Of a stretch of 64,000 nucleotides of DNA, positions 26,804 through 38,446 are shown in pieces (position 1 is the stretch's first letter; every line of letters starts with the position of its first letter). The DNA lies in contig NC_043006.1 in assembly GCF_006345805.1 (NCBI RefSeq), forward strand, positions 26,102,001 to 26,166,000. Direction: 5' to 3'. The notes under the pieces are model-generated. The model made no database searches, was not told where the DNA came from, and worked only from the letters and a program-made list of their open reading frames with translations. The DNA comes from Octopus sinensis (Eukaryota). The position numbers and the translations under genes were made by a program.

Positions 26804-26821
26804 CAAAACTAAATAAATAAA

Positions 26822-26852
26822 AGAATTTATGATATCATTTTCTCCCCCCCCC

Positions 26853-26887
<35 letters not shown>

Positions 26888-27008
26888 TCACACACACAGA
26901 GCAAGACACACCTCTCTCTCTGACAACACATCACTCTCTCTCTCTGTCTCAGTGAAACACACTAAAAAAAGATGCAAGAAAAAGAAAATAAATAAAATTA
27001 TGCTATCA

Positions 27009-27043
<35 letters not shown>

Positions 27044-27170
27044 TCACACACACAGAGCAAGACACACCTCTCTCTCTGACAACACATCACTCTCTCTCTC
27101 TGTCTCAGTGAAACACACTAAAAAAAGATGCAAGAAAAAGAAAATAAATAAAATTTATGCTATCACTCTC
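26822..27170. repeat. ~160-bp microsatellite-containing tandem duplication
   Basis: (ct)n(ca)n-gagcaagacacacc...cactaaaaaaagatgcaagaaaaagaaaataaataaaatt occurs twice almost identically; an inverted relative lies at about 25520-25620. Confidence 0.85.
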
Positions 27171-27403
27171 TCTCTCTCTCTCTCTCTCTCTGACAACACA
27201 CCCCTTTCTCTCTCACTCAATTGCTCATACACTCACTCAAAAGAGGAAAAATAAAAAAAAAATGTATGCTGTCACACTCTCTCCTCTCTCTCTCACACAC
27301 ACACACACACATTCACACAACATACACTTTAAATTTATTATTCAATTTTCAATAAGGTAAAATTAATTAATTAGCATAATAGCATAGCCTGGAAAAAACA
27401 TGG

Positions 27404-27585
27404 ATTATATGGAAAAATAGGAGCAAGGGAAATAATATTCTTAAGATTATAAATCTGAAAAAGTACAGATTATCAGATGTAATAACTTGTCCTGAACTTT
27501 TCCAAGTGTAATAACTAGTCCTGTACTTTTCCAGGTGTATAATCTCAAGAATATTATTTCTCTTGCTTGCATTTTTCTATGTAAT
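27404..27585. mobile_element. Foldback MITE
   Basis: ~60-bp imperfect TIRs (attatatggaaaaata...tattcttaagattata...aaaagtacag and its reverse complement); central 29-bp tandem duplication. Confidence 0.65.
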
Positions 27586-27761
27586 TATATGTGTGTGTGT
27601 GTGTTTGTATATATAACATACTAGCAGAAGCACCTGGCGTTGCCCGGGAATGAAATTGTTCCTTATATATTGGAAGAAAAAGCAAAATATGTTGTATGAA
27701 ATTTGCTATTCTAAATTCAATTTATTCTTCAATAGGGAAATCAATTCTGAATTCATAATAC

Positions 27762-27792
<31 letters not shown>

Positions 27793-27843
27793 GAAAATAT
27801 AAAATTTACCACTTTTATGAAGGGAAATAAATTCTATCACATA

Positions 27844-28056
27844 TACTCTTTCACTCTTTCACTTGTTCCAGTCATTTGACTGCGGCCATGCTGGAGCACC
27901 GCCTTTAATCGAGCAACTCGACCCCGGGACTTATTCTTTTGTAAGCCCAGTACTTATTCTATCGGTCCCTTTTGCCGAACCGCTAAGTAACGGGGACATA
28001 AACACACCAGCATCGGTTGTCAAGCAATGCTAGCGGGACAAACACAGACACACACA

Positions 28057-28094
<38 letters not shown>

Positions 28095-28247
28095 TACGAC
28101 GGGCTTCTTTCAGTTTCCGTCTACCAAATCCACTCACAGGGCATTGGTCGGCCCGAGGCTATAGTAGAAGACACTTGCCCAAGGTGCCACGCAGTGGGAC
28201 TGAACCCAGAACCATGTGGTTGGTAAGCAAGCTACTTACCACACAGC
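27844..28247 (-). mobile_element. SINE family A inserted just after the Helitron helicase stop codon
   Basis: Near full-length match to 12941-13334; lacks about 12 nt of the head. Confidence 0.9.
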
Positions 28248-28728
28248 AGGAAATTACGTAAGAACTTCTGGGTAAACAAAATTTTTTGTTTTCTGGTTTG
28301 GAGCATAAAGAAATAAGTCTTGCAAACTATCATCCCTGGAGCAACCAACATAAAGTTGACCATGAGAAAAGCAAGGCTCAATTAAGTGCAAGCCAGTAGA
28401 TTCCAAAGTCTGACCTTGAGCTTTATTAATAGATATTGCAAAGCAAAGTTGGGAATTGTGTTTGTTTGACCTCAAATACCATGTCTATTAGTTTGACTGG
28501 AATTCTTGGTATGAAAATCTCTTCCCCTCAGGCACATCCAGTGATGATGGTAGCTTCTATCACATTAGGTGACAATGTCTTCACAATCAACCTTGTCCCA
28601 TTGCATAATTAAAGAGGATCTAAATTTCTTAGAAGCATTAGTAGGACTCCTACTTTCAGAAAAGTTTTATGTGGAAGATTCCAGGTGGCTCAAGAGAAAT
28701 AAAGGAACAATGGACAGCTTGATTTTCA

Positions 28729-29621
28729 TCGATTCACTAAAGCGGGTCTTTTCTTTTTCAAAGCTTGGTTCAAATGCTCTAATTGCTGACATTAGACTTG
28801 AGCATTGATTGTTGAATTAGGTGGTAATAATTCAAAGTGAATTACTCCTTTGCATTACCACCAGATAAAGAGAACCTTTTCCTGATTTGTTCCCTTCTCA
28901 GTTGTGGTTGAGCCTTTTTCCTTTTACCAAGCCACTGTTTACGACATTTAACATTTCGATAGAAGATTCATTTTCCGTCACCAGTCACAAGTCTATCCAA
29001 AAAGGGTGAAATGAGTTCGCAAGAATGGAAAGAAGAGCAGATGTCAACTCGGGATTTACGGATGCTTTCAGACAATTCATGACGCACCCATTTTCCAAGT
29101 TTAGGAACCTTTCCAAGTTGTTGAAGATGATGATGAACAGTTGTATGGTTTGAAATAAGCTTTATTGCTAATTCTTCAATTGATAATGCAGGATTTTCTT
29201 CAAGTAATGCCTCAAGAAGCTTATCATCAAACTCAACTGAATGTCCTGTTCGATCTTCATCTTCAAGGCTGAAATCTCCACTTCTGAATTTTGCAAACCA
29301 TCTTCTGCGAGTTCTTTCAATCAAGCATTCTTTCCCATAAACTGAGTGTATGTTTTGAGTCGCTTCAGCTGCAGAGTTTCCTTTTTTGTACTCATAAAGC
29401 ATTATGTGTCTCAAATGCTCTTTGGATACTTCCATGTTAGAAAGGGTTTTAATCAAAGAAATTTTAATTCTATTATTCTGTAAAATAATATTTAATTAGT
29501 TTAAATGTGCACAAATGCATAAAAATAATTTTTAATTCCATTAGACATTCTAAAATGCTATTAAATTTCATTCAATTTTAGAAAAGGTAAAATCAGACAG
29601 AACTTATGGAAGGACCTTATA
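28729..29621 (-). mobile_element. mariner (cecropia-like) 5' half inserted in the Helitron helicase
   Basis: ORF 28968-29456 MEVSKEHLRHIMLYEYKKG...GKWVRHEL...LVTGDGK; TIR with TA at 29620-29621; truncated after ALKKKRPALVNR. Confidence 0.9.
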
Positions 29622-30659
29622 ATTATTGCTTAAACTTGGAAATACCCTATTCTTCAGTTCAGCTGGGGAATTCACCATGATAGCAATATGAGCCAAACTG
29701 ATACCACCATTCCCATCAAATGGAACTTTCCCATCTCCTAATTGGAGGATCCAGGTTGAAAACTGTTCTGCACATTGGTCCCCATCTAATAAGACTCGCA
29801 TGTCAGTATTGTTGAAGGAGAATTTCTGTACTTTATTCCATGAAGACTTAAAGCATGATTTTATTTCATCAGATCTTGTTCCTCTGAAGTCTCCTGATAA
29901 AACTAATGTAACTCCTCCCATAGATTTATTGTTGCCTCTTATGTCATTCTCTCATAATATTGCAACCAAAGGAGGTAATTTGGGAAGCAGAATTATAATT
30001 CCTAATGTTTTTTAAGAAGTTCATGCTCCTTGATATGTTTCCCAAAAGCAATGCCTTCAAAGTACCTGTGGACGTACCACTCTCTCTTTCTTATTATTAC
30101 TCCCATTGCCACCATCAACACAATTACTTTTAATCAAACATCATCAACTCTCCCTATATTTCTTTGTCTCTCTTCCTCTTTCTCTCTTTTTTCTTTCTCT
30201 CTCTCTCTATCTGTCTTCACCACCACCCTCACCATCTCTATGTCTACCATTACTCTCATACCAGCACGAGGAAGTGTCATTGAATAGTGAGAGATGGGGG
30301 TCAAAGTGTGACACACTGACACACAGAAATTAGTTTTCGCATTTATTTGACAATGAACTTTGCTTGCTTGAGAAGACCTATTGAGGCAAGTGTAAACAAA
30401 TCAAAATCACTGACGTGGCTGATAACAGTGCCGCCTAATTGGCACTCATGCTAGAGGAATGTTAAAAGCACATCTGAGCATGATCTTTGCGAGGGCCACG
30501 GATTGTGTGTGTGTATATGTTCCTTATGCATTCAAAAGCTTAGTTGCCAATTTTTATGTGTGGAGTATCAAAAGATTCAGTAATCTGTTGGCTACCAAAT
30601 ATACTTTATTTTCATTTACATATTTGCATTACAAAAATTAACATTATAATCTAATATAA

Positions 30660-30990
30660 TCATCATCGTTTTATGTTCACTTTCCATGCTGTCATGAGTT
30701 GGGCAGTTTGACTGAGGACTGGCGAGCCAGAGGCTGCACCGGGCTCAATCTGATCTGGCAAAGTTTCTACAGCTGGATGCCCTTCCTAATACCAACCACT
30801 CCACTGACACAAGGGCCAATCAGGCGATACTGGCAACGATCATGCTCAAAAGTGACACGTAAAAAGTACCATTTGAGCATGATCATTCCTAGCGTTGCTT
30901 TACTGGCACATGTGCTGGTTGCATGTGAAAAACATTTCAGCATGGCTGTTGTCAGTGCTGTCGGACTGGCTCCCATGCAGGTAGCACGTA
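30660..30990 (-). mobile_element. RTE-tail element (5' truncated)
   Basis: catcatcg...ccatgc...gggc...ctggatgcccttcctaataccaaccactcc matches the 3' end of 8202-9295. Confidence 0.8.
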
Positions 30991-31349
30991 AAATTAATAT
31001 ATATGTGTAATACATAGATAATATATATATATAATATATATAATACATATATAACATTTTTTTTTTTGTAGTTTCAGCTCAGAGCTGTGGCCATGCTGGA
31101 GCACCGTAGTTTTGTTACACTATTATTACTGAGATCCTCCTCTAATATGTGGCACTTGGTGAAGAATGGAGTGTGATGTAGCTACCCTCATTTGCACCTC
31201 TTGCCGTGAGGTAGGTTTGTTTGGGACTCTTGACAGGAAGAGGTTCAGCCTTGATTTAAAAACACCTACACCTACTTTGTGCATATATACACAGCCAGCA
31301 GAGATACCCGGCCTTGCTCAGGATTAAAATGGCATAGTTTTTTTATTGT

Positions 31350-31622
31350 TTTACTTGTTTCAGTCATGTGACTGCAGCTATGCTGGAGCACTACAGTTGG
31401 ACGAAGAAATTGGCCACAGGATTTATTCTTTGTAAGCCTAGTACTTATTCTATCAGTGTCTTTAACAAAACTGCTAGGTTATGGGAATGTAAAAACAGCA
31501 ACATCAGTTGTCAAGCAATGGTGGGGGTACAAACACAGACACAGACACACATATATACAACAGTCTTCTTTCAGTATCCATGTACAAAATCCATAAACAA
31601 GGCTTTGGTTGGCCTGAGGCTA
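31350..31622 (-). mobile_element. Decayed SINE family A
   Basis: cttgtttcagtcat..ccatgctggagcac...tgtcaagcaatg...aaatcca....aaggctttggttggcc. Confidence 0.75.
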
Positions 31623-31705
31623 TAAAATATATATATCCACATAAATATGTAACGGATTTAATTTTAGTTGCAACGGGAGAAATTGGATTGGTAAATAATA
31701 ATGTA

Positions 31706-32362
31706 TGTCTGGAGTCAGCTGGTTTGACAACCAAAATCTGTTGTTATAATTGTTTACTGTAGGATGTGAAAGATGGAACAATGCATAAAGTTTTAAGGAA
31801 AGTATTTATTTACCGTTACGTTACAATACCTAGCCTCGACGGGCAGGTTGTGATAAATCCCAAAGCGTGTGAAGTAAAGTTTGTGCTTGTGTCCTATTCA
31901 TTGCTTAGTAGTAATTACAGAGAGAGATAGAATGATGTTGTAAGAGAAAGAATTAGAGCTAGAGAGAATTGTAGGGTGTTGTCTGACAGTTGCTTTCTCC
32001 CTCTGACCAAGGTTCTAGGTGGTCAGCCAGACTTCGTTGAGTCGTCACGACTGTGACAAACTGATTTTTGCTTGGGATGTGCTTGCTTATATAAAGATCC
32101 AGAAGGATAGATATATCATTGAAAACAATAGATTTAGTTGGTGGTCTTGTTATCTCTATTCTAGCTTTTGGTGAAGTAGAAGAGGTTAGAAAGGGTCAAG
32201 TAGCGAAAACATTATTTCGGCCCAGCTAAAGGCATCTGGAAAATGTAAACCTGCTGTCAGAAAAAAACCATTGTTCCATTGTGGGAAAAGTTGTGTAGCA
32301 GTGTTAATTTAAATTTGGCTATGGTGGATCAAATCCACCTCATGCATGCAAGATTCACTACA
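31706..32362 (-). mobile_element. Probable solo LTR
   Basis: ~650-bp diverged reverse-complement copy of 54227-54902; TG...CA ends; possible 4-bp TSD tata/taca (3 of 4). Confidence 0.6.
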
Positions 32363-32912
32363 TATATATACATACACACACACACGTACATATATATATA
32401 TATATATATATAGATGTAAGAAATTTGAAAAGCTGAACGTAAAACTGGTCATTTCTTCTAAACTATGTCATTGTAAGAAAAAAATTTATAATATTCTTAA
32501 GACATATTGACTCAAATATATTTTTTTTAACCTTTTAAAACAAGCCTTCTGTAGTTTTTTCACTTTTTACTATTTTCTATATATATATATATTATATATA
32601 TATATATATCAACATCACAATCAAGGAACGGCCATAATAGGCCATTCACCCACTAGAAATAACAGCCAAAAGCTTCAACCGCAAAATAACATCAATTCCG
32701 TAAACCAGGAGAAAATTAAAAAACATTTACCCTGTAATTTCTTATACGATGCACCGTTTCATCTACTGTTTAATGGTAAACTAACCTGATTAAATTAAAT
32801 CAAGCCAATCTTCCATAGGCCCTCAGAATCATCAGTAAGAAATAGCCAAGTCGGAACAGATATTTTCACGAGGCATTTCCTTCCCTGCCTCGGCAATATC
32901 TGACCTAAAATT

Positions 32913-32937
32913 TTCAAATCATCGCACTCGCGCCAAA
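32913..32937 (-). promoter_or_regulatory. E2F site plus CDE/CHR-like arrangement (candidate cell-cycle promoter)
   Basis: Minus strand TTTGGCGCG (32929-32937), then tgcg-atga-TTTGAA (CHR 32913-32918, 4-nt spacer); CpG-retaining context; possible donor GTTAGT at 32780-32785. Confidence 0.4.
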
Positions 32938-32996
32938 TTTATCGGCAGCAAATAATATAAGCCGCCGATTCCATTACGGAATTAACCAGAAAATTC

Positions 32997-33464
32997 ATAA
33001 TTAATCAATATAGGGTGGCAAAAAATTTTGTAGAATTTTTTTGCCACCAGCGGCCTAGTGGGAAAAAAATTAAATAGTCATAGACCATTTTTAAGTTCAA
33101 CATCACAATCAAGGAACGGCCATAATAGGCCATTCACCCACTAGAAATAACAGCCAAAAGCTTCAACCGCAAAATAACATCAATTCCGTAAACCAGGATG
33201 GTTTACATCAATTCCGTAAACCATCGTATAAGAAATTACAGGGTAAATGTTTTTTAATTTTCTCCTGGTTTACGGAATTGATGTTATTTTGCGGTTGAAG
33301 CTTTTGGCTGTTATTTCTAGTGGGTGAATGGCCTATTATGGCCGTTCCTTGATTGTGATGTTGAACTTAAAAATGGTCTATGACTATTTAATTTTTTTCC
33401 CACTAGGCCGCTGGTGGCAAAAAAATTCTACAAAATTTTTTGCCACCCTATATTGATTAATTAT
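32997..33464. repeat. Perfect inverted repeat (202-bp arms, 64-bp spacer) with a third partial copy at 32609-32751
   Basis: 32997-33198 is the reverse complement of 33263-33464; 32609-32751 is the reverse complement of 33222-33364; no mismatches found by eye. Confidence 0.92.
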
Positions 33465-33504
33465 ATATATTTATATATATATATATACATACACACACAC
33501 ACAC

Positions 33505-33556
<52 letters not shown>

Positions 33557-33658
33557 TGGTAAAAACGGTAAGATAACAAAAGAAAGAAAGAGACCTCAAT
33601 TTTATGTAAATAGAGGAATTTATCTGTAAAATAATATGTGACAGTTATTCAGTAGCCA

Positions 33659-33721
33659 AGATAAAACTCTGAGTTTCGGATGCTGAGGTGGAAATCCACA
33701 CCACCATCTCTTCGGTTATCT
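33659..33721 (-). ncRNA. Minimal type I hammerhead-ribozyme-like motif in a probable Penelope-like terminal repeat
   Basis: Stem I AGATAA/TTATCT, core CCGAAGA (U4 to C), stem II GATG..GTGG..CCAC..CATC, GAAA, near-palindromic stem III ACTC-A-GAGT, GUU triplet. Confidence 0.5.
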
Positions 33722-34239
33722 AGCCATCTGAAAAACGCTATGAAAAAAGACCGTTATACAAAGGGAAATTACTGTAATCACTACTTTTACAAAAGCACTA
33801 AGTAAGATAAGGTTAAAAGTTTATAGTAAACATGTAAGCATGCCTGTTCACACGTACACATGTGTGCTCGTCCACCCACGTGCATACATATACATCACTA
33901 TGAAAATGTACACATCTTCACTCGCATTTTTCGCCAAATGTATATGCATATATATACAAACTTATACACACACACGCACACCATAAAAGTTCATACATAC
34001 GTTTACATACGCATGCACAAAAAGGATTATACATACGCCCCCCCAAAAAGGAAAAAAAACAGGGAAAATTGTAAAAATACTGAGTAAAAACGTCTATATA
34101 TATATGTACTCTTATGTCCACACACCATCCTGCATTTTTCCTTGTACCTATATAGACGTGTATATGGATTCATTTGTACATATGTGTGGATGTGTATGAG
34201 TGTGCGGGTATGTATGTATATAGATGTGTGCGAGTGTGT

Positions 34240-35216
34240 GTTCATTGTAAGGAGATTGCAGGAGAAATACTGAGATAAGGGGAAAGAGTTGTACATGTGC
34301 TTGCTTCGTTGATCTAGAGAAGCCATTTGATAGGGTTCCAAGGAAGGGGATTGAATGGGCATTGAGGAAGAGATGTGTACTAAAGGTAATAGTGAGAGCA
34401 ATGATGAATTTGTATGAGGGGGTAAAGACAAGAGTGAGAATTGGATCAGAGCTGTCAGAGGAGTTTGTGGTGAAAGTCGATGTGCATTAGGGATCTGTGT
34501 TGTCACTGTTGTTGTTTGCAATAGTGGTTGATGTGGTGATGGAGAGTGCAAGAGAGGGACTGCTAATGGAGATACTGTATGCAGATGACCTTGCTTTGAT
34601 GAGTGAGATGATGGAGAAGTTTTGGAAATGGAAGGAGGTGTTTGAAAGCAAGGGTTTGAAGGTAAACCTCAGGAAGACAAAGGTGATGGTGAGTGGGATG
34701 GATGGAGAAGGTTCTCATTGAAGACGAAAGGAAAGGTCTATAGGAGTTGTGTGAGAGTTGCAATGCTGTACAGGAGTGAGACATGGTGTTTGAGGAAGAG
34801 AGAAATGGCAATTTTGAGAAGGACTGAGAGAGCAATGGCAAGAGAATGTGTAGCATGAGGCTGTTTCATAAGAGGAGGATTGAGGGTTTGATGGGGATAC
34901 TGGGATTGGAAGAATCAGTGGAATGGCTGGCAAGGGCAAATGGAGTGCAGTGGTATGGGTATGTGTTGAGGAGGGATGAGGAGCATGTTCTGAAGCGGGT
35001 GCTAGAGTTTGAGGAAAATGGACAGCAAAAAGTAAGGTAGACCAAGGAAAATGTGGAGGGGACAGGTGAAGGAGGAGATTGGGAGGGTAGGTTTGAGAAG
35101 AGAGGATGCCCAAAACCGGGCAAGATGGCAAGATGGTGTGAGGGCTTTGGCATTGAGGTAGATCTGACCACCCCTGTTAATGGCGACAAAACCCAGATTT
35201 AAAATGATGGATGATG
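34240..35216 (+). mobile_element. RTE-clade LINE (RT core to 3' end, internally deleted)
   Basis: GSVLSLLLFAIVVDVV...LYADDLALMSE...GLKVNLRKTKVMV; GRL.RSCV..AML...ETW; WYGYVLRR; (gat)n tail. Confidence 0.88.
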
Positions 35217-35234
35217 ATAAATATATATGTATAA

Positions 35235-35934
35235 TGGTGAAGCACGACCTTCGAACTTTAGGTCTCACTGAGGAAATGACCAGCAACTGAGACCTTTGGA
35301 AATATGCTGTGCGTGAAAAGACCAGGCAGGACAAGTGAGTCCAGCCCACTTATGCATGCCTTTCCTCCCTTGGACACACAAAGACCTGTTGAGGCAAGCG
35401 AAGTCGATATCGAACCTCATCCGACGACAGGCACCTATGCCAACCCCACTTTGCTTGCGAAGACCTGTTGGGGCAAGTGAAATCGGAATCGAAATTGAAC
35501 CAATCCTATGACTGGCACCCGGCAGATGCCAGGACCACTGGACTGGAGATACGTAAAAAGCACTATCCGAATCGTGGCCGATGCCAGCGCCGCCTCGACT
35601 GGCTTCCGTGTCGGTGGCACGTAAAAAGCACCATCTGAATTGTGGCCGAAGCCAGTGCTGCCTCGACTGGCTTCCATGCAGGTGGCACGCAAAATGCACC
35701 AATCCGACCGTGGCCGATGCCAGCCTTGCCTGGCACAAGTGCAGGTGGCACGTAAAAAGCACCCACTACACTCACGGAGTGGTTGGCATTAGGAAATGCA
35801 TCCAACTGTAGAAACATTGCCAGATAAGACCGGAGCCTGGTGCAGCCTTCTGGCTTCCCAGATCCCCGGTCGAACTGTCCAACCCATGCTAGCATGGAGA
35901 ACGGACGTTAAATGATGATGATGATGATGATGAT
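35235..35934 (+). mobile_element. RTE-tail non-autonomous element, copy X
   Basis: Starts TGGTGAAGCACGACCTTCGAACTTTAGG after (TA)n; ends in (GAT)n followed by (AT)n. Confidence 0.88.
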
Positions 35935-35951
35935 ATATATATATATATATA

Positions 35952-36150
35952 CTAGCAGAGATACCTGGCATTGCCCGTGTTGCATGCAATTGAAAAATTA
36001 GACTTTTCTGTTATATTTTCTGTAATGAACTGGAATGTCTATATTTCGAATTGGCAAAGAATGTGTTAGTGATGCAAAGGTTATGGTATGTGCAAAATTC
36101 AAGTAGTCTCTGACCATTGTCATTCATGTTGCCAGTACCAAAACACATAC
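35952..36150 (-). mobile_element. Helitron 3' terminus preceded by an RTE endonuclease fragment
   Basis: CTAG at 35952 with a gggcaatgccagg hairpin remnant (same family as 27621 and 31295); FGTGNMNDNGQRLLEFCTYHNLCITNTFF is an APE motif of RTE LINEs. Confidence 0.7.
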
Positions 36151-36230
36151 ACTTACACATATACATACATATATATATATATATACGATTGATTTGTTTC
36201 AGTTCCTGTCTACGAAATCCATATACATAT

Positions 36231-36269
<39 letters not shown>

Positions 36270-36271
36270 AT

Positions 36272-36340
<69 letters not shown>

Positions 36341-36941
36341 CACACACACAACACACACACACACACACACACCACACAAAGATAAATTGATAGATACAAC
36401 TGAGTGGGCAAACAAAAATATGAGACACTGCATAGTGCTTTTTTATATTTTGATAAGCCTGGTATTTTCTATCAGTTTCTTCTTGTGAAACCAGTAAGTT
36501 ATGGGGATGTAAATAAACGAACACCAGTTGTGAAGCAGTGATGAGAGATATACACAGAGACACACAGAGATTTACATATATACATACATATATATACAAT
36601 TGATTTCTTTTAGTTTCTGTCTACAAAATCCACTGACAAACTTTGGTTGGTCTGAGGCTATAGCAGAAGACACATGCCAAGTTACCACACAGTTGGACTG
36701 AACTGAGGACCATGTGTTTTGGAACCAAGTTTGTTACAACACAGCCACACTTGCACCTGTGTATGTGTGTGTGTTTGGGTGTATACATGTATGCATGTAT
36801 ATATGTGTATATATATGTGTACATATTACATGTACATCTAGACATACATGTATATATCTATATATATACATGTATACATATACAGCTATACATATACATC
36901 TATATATATACATGTATATATACATATATATATACATGTAT

Positions 36942-36992
<51 letters not shown>

Positions 36993-37591
36993 ATAATAAT
37001 AATAATAAGGGTGAGAAATTGAATATTAATTTGATCAATATAAATTGAAAACCAGTGGTGTAGCATATAAGACCATAGCGGATCTTCTTCTAGCAAAATG
37101 GATGTCCACTGTTAATGGTTCATCCCTGTTATATAATAGTTTCACTTTATAATTTCAGTATTAAACTGAAAGTATCTGACATTACAATAGAGAGATGTTT
37201 TTGTTTTCCTTTTAACACGTAATACTGAAATAGTGGAGAAGATATGATATTGCTGTGGGCTCGCCCTAAGCAAGAAGTTGAAATTTTTTTTGCCCATGAC
37301 ACTTACATGGACCCTAAGTAAGGCATGTGTAAAATTTGAATGAAACAGATCATACTGGCTTCATTCCTTGCAAGCTTACACATGTCCTCAGCAGTCATAG
37401 CCCATGTTTCACTGCCATGTAGCATAGCTGTTCGTACACATGCGTCATACAGTCTACCTTTTACTCTGAGCGAGAGGCCCTTTGTCACCAATATCAATAA
37501 TATATCAATATTAATAATATATATATACATGTATATATATATATATATATATATGTATACATATGTGTGTGTATATATATATATGTGTATA

Positions 37592-37622
<31 letters not shown>

Positions 37623-37707
37623 GATATATATATATAATATATATAATATCAGTAATATATATATACTTGTATATATATGTGTATATATGTATGTATGTAT
37701 GTTTGTA

Positions 37708-37755
<48 letters not shown>
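36150..37755. repeat. Long (TA)n/(CA)n low-complexity block containing a decayed SINE A (about 36440-36757, -) and an RTE fragment (about 37340-37495, -)
   Basis: Microsatellites seen directly; minus translation [30 protein letters not shown]. Confidence 0.85.
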
Positions 37756-37758
<3 letters not shown>

Positions 37759-38446
37759 TGAAGCACGACCTTCGAACTTTAGGTCTCACTGAGGAAATGA
37801 CTAGAGACCGAGTCCTCTGGAAGTGTGCTGTGCGCGAGAAGACCCGGCAGGACAAGTGAGTCCATAACCCGTGGCCTTCTACTTGGGATGGAGCCAGCCT
37901 ACGTATGCATACCTTCCCTTCTTGGGACACAAAACTCTACTTGTGAAGACCTGTTGAGGCAAGTGGGGATCAGAATTGAAATCGATCAATGGAAATTGCA
38001 GATGTGTTACCAGAGCCGGTGGCATGTCGATACTCTACTTGTGAAGACCCGTTGAGGCAAGTGAGGATCAGAATGGAAATTGCAGGTGTGTTACCAGTGC
38101 CGGTGGCATGTAAGAGAACCTTCCGTTTCGCGACCGTTGCCAGCACCGCCCCGTTTCGTGTCCGTTGCCAGCCTCGCCTGGCCCTTGTGCCGGTGGCACA
38201 TAAAAAGCACCATCCGTTCGTGGCCGTTTGCCAGCTCTGTCTGGCACCTGTGCGGGTGGCACGTAAAAAGCACCCACTACACTCACGGAGTGGTTGGCGT
38301 TAGGAAGGGCATCCAGCCGTAGAAACACTGCCAGATTTGACTGGGCCTGATGAAGCCTTCTGGCTTCACAGACCCCAGTAGAACCGTCCAACCCATGCTA
38401 GCATGGAAAACAGACGCTAAACGACGATGATGATGATGATGATGAT
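37756..38446 (+). mobile_element. RTE-tail non-autonomous element, copy Y
   Basis: Same 5' start as copy X; embedded in (TA)n; (GAT)n tail. Confidence 0.88.

Larger units (their letters stand above)
27621..30030 (-). mobile_element. Helitron 3' part (PIF1-like helicase relic plus 3' terminus), carrying nested SINE and mariner
   Basis: MGGVTLVLSGDFR..., LLRNLDP..CNGTRL, SINKAQGQTL...CFSHGQLYVGCSR...KTKNFVYPEVL; terminus cccgggcaacgccagg..CTAG-T at 27621-27648. Confidence 0.88.

Noticed and set aside
36011-37930. Many 60-140 aa ORFs rich in YI/HT/CV
   Set aside because: Translations of (TA)n, (CA)n and (TG)n microsatellites; no coding signal
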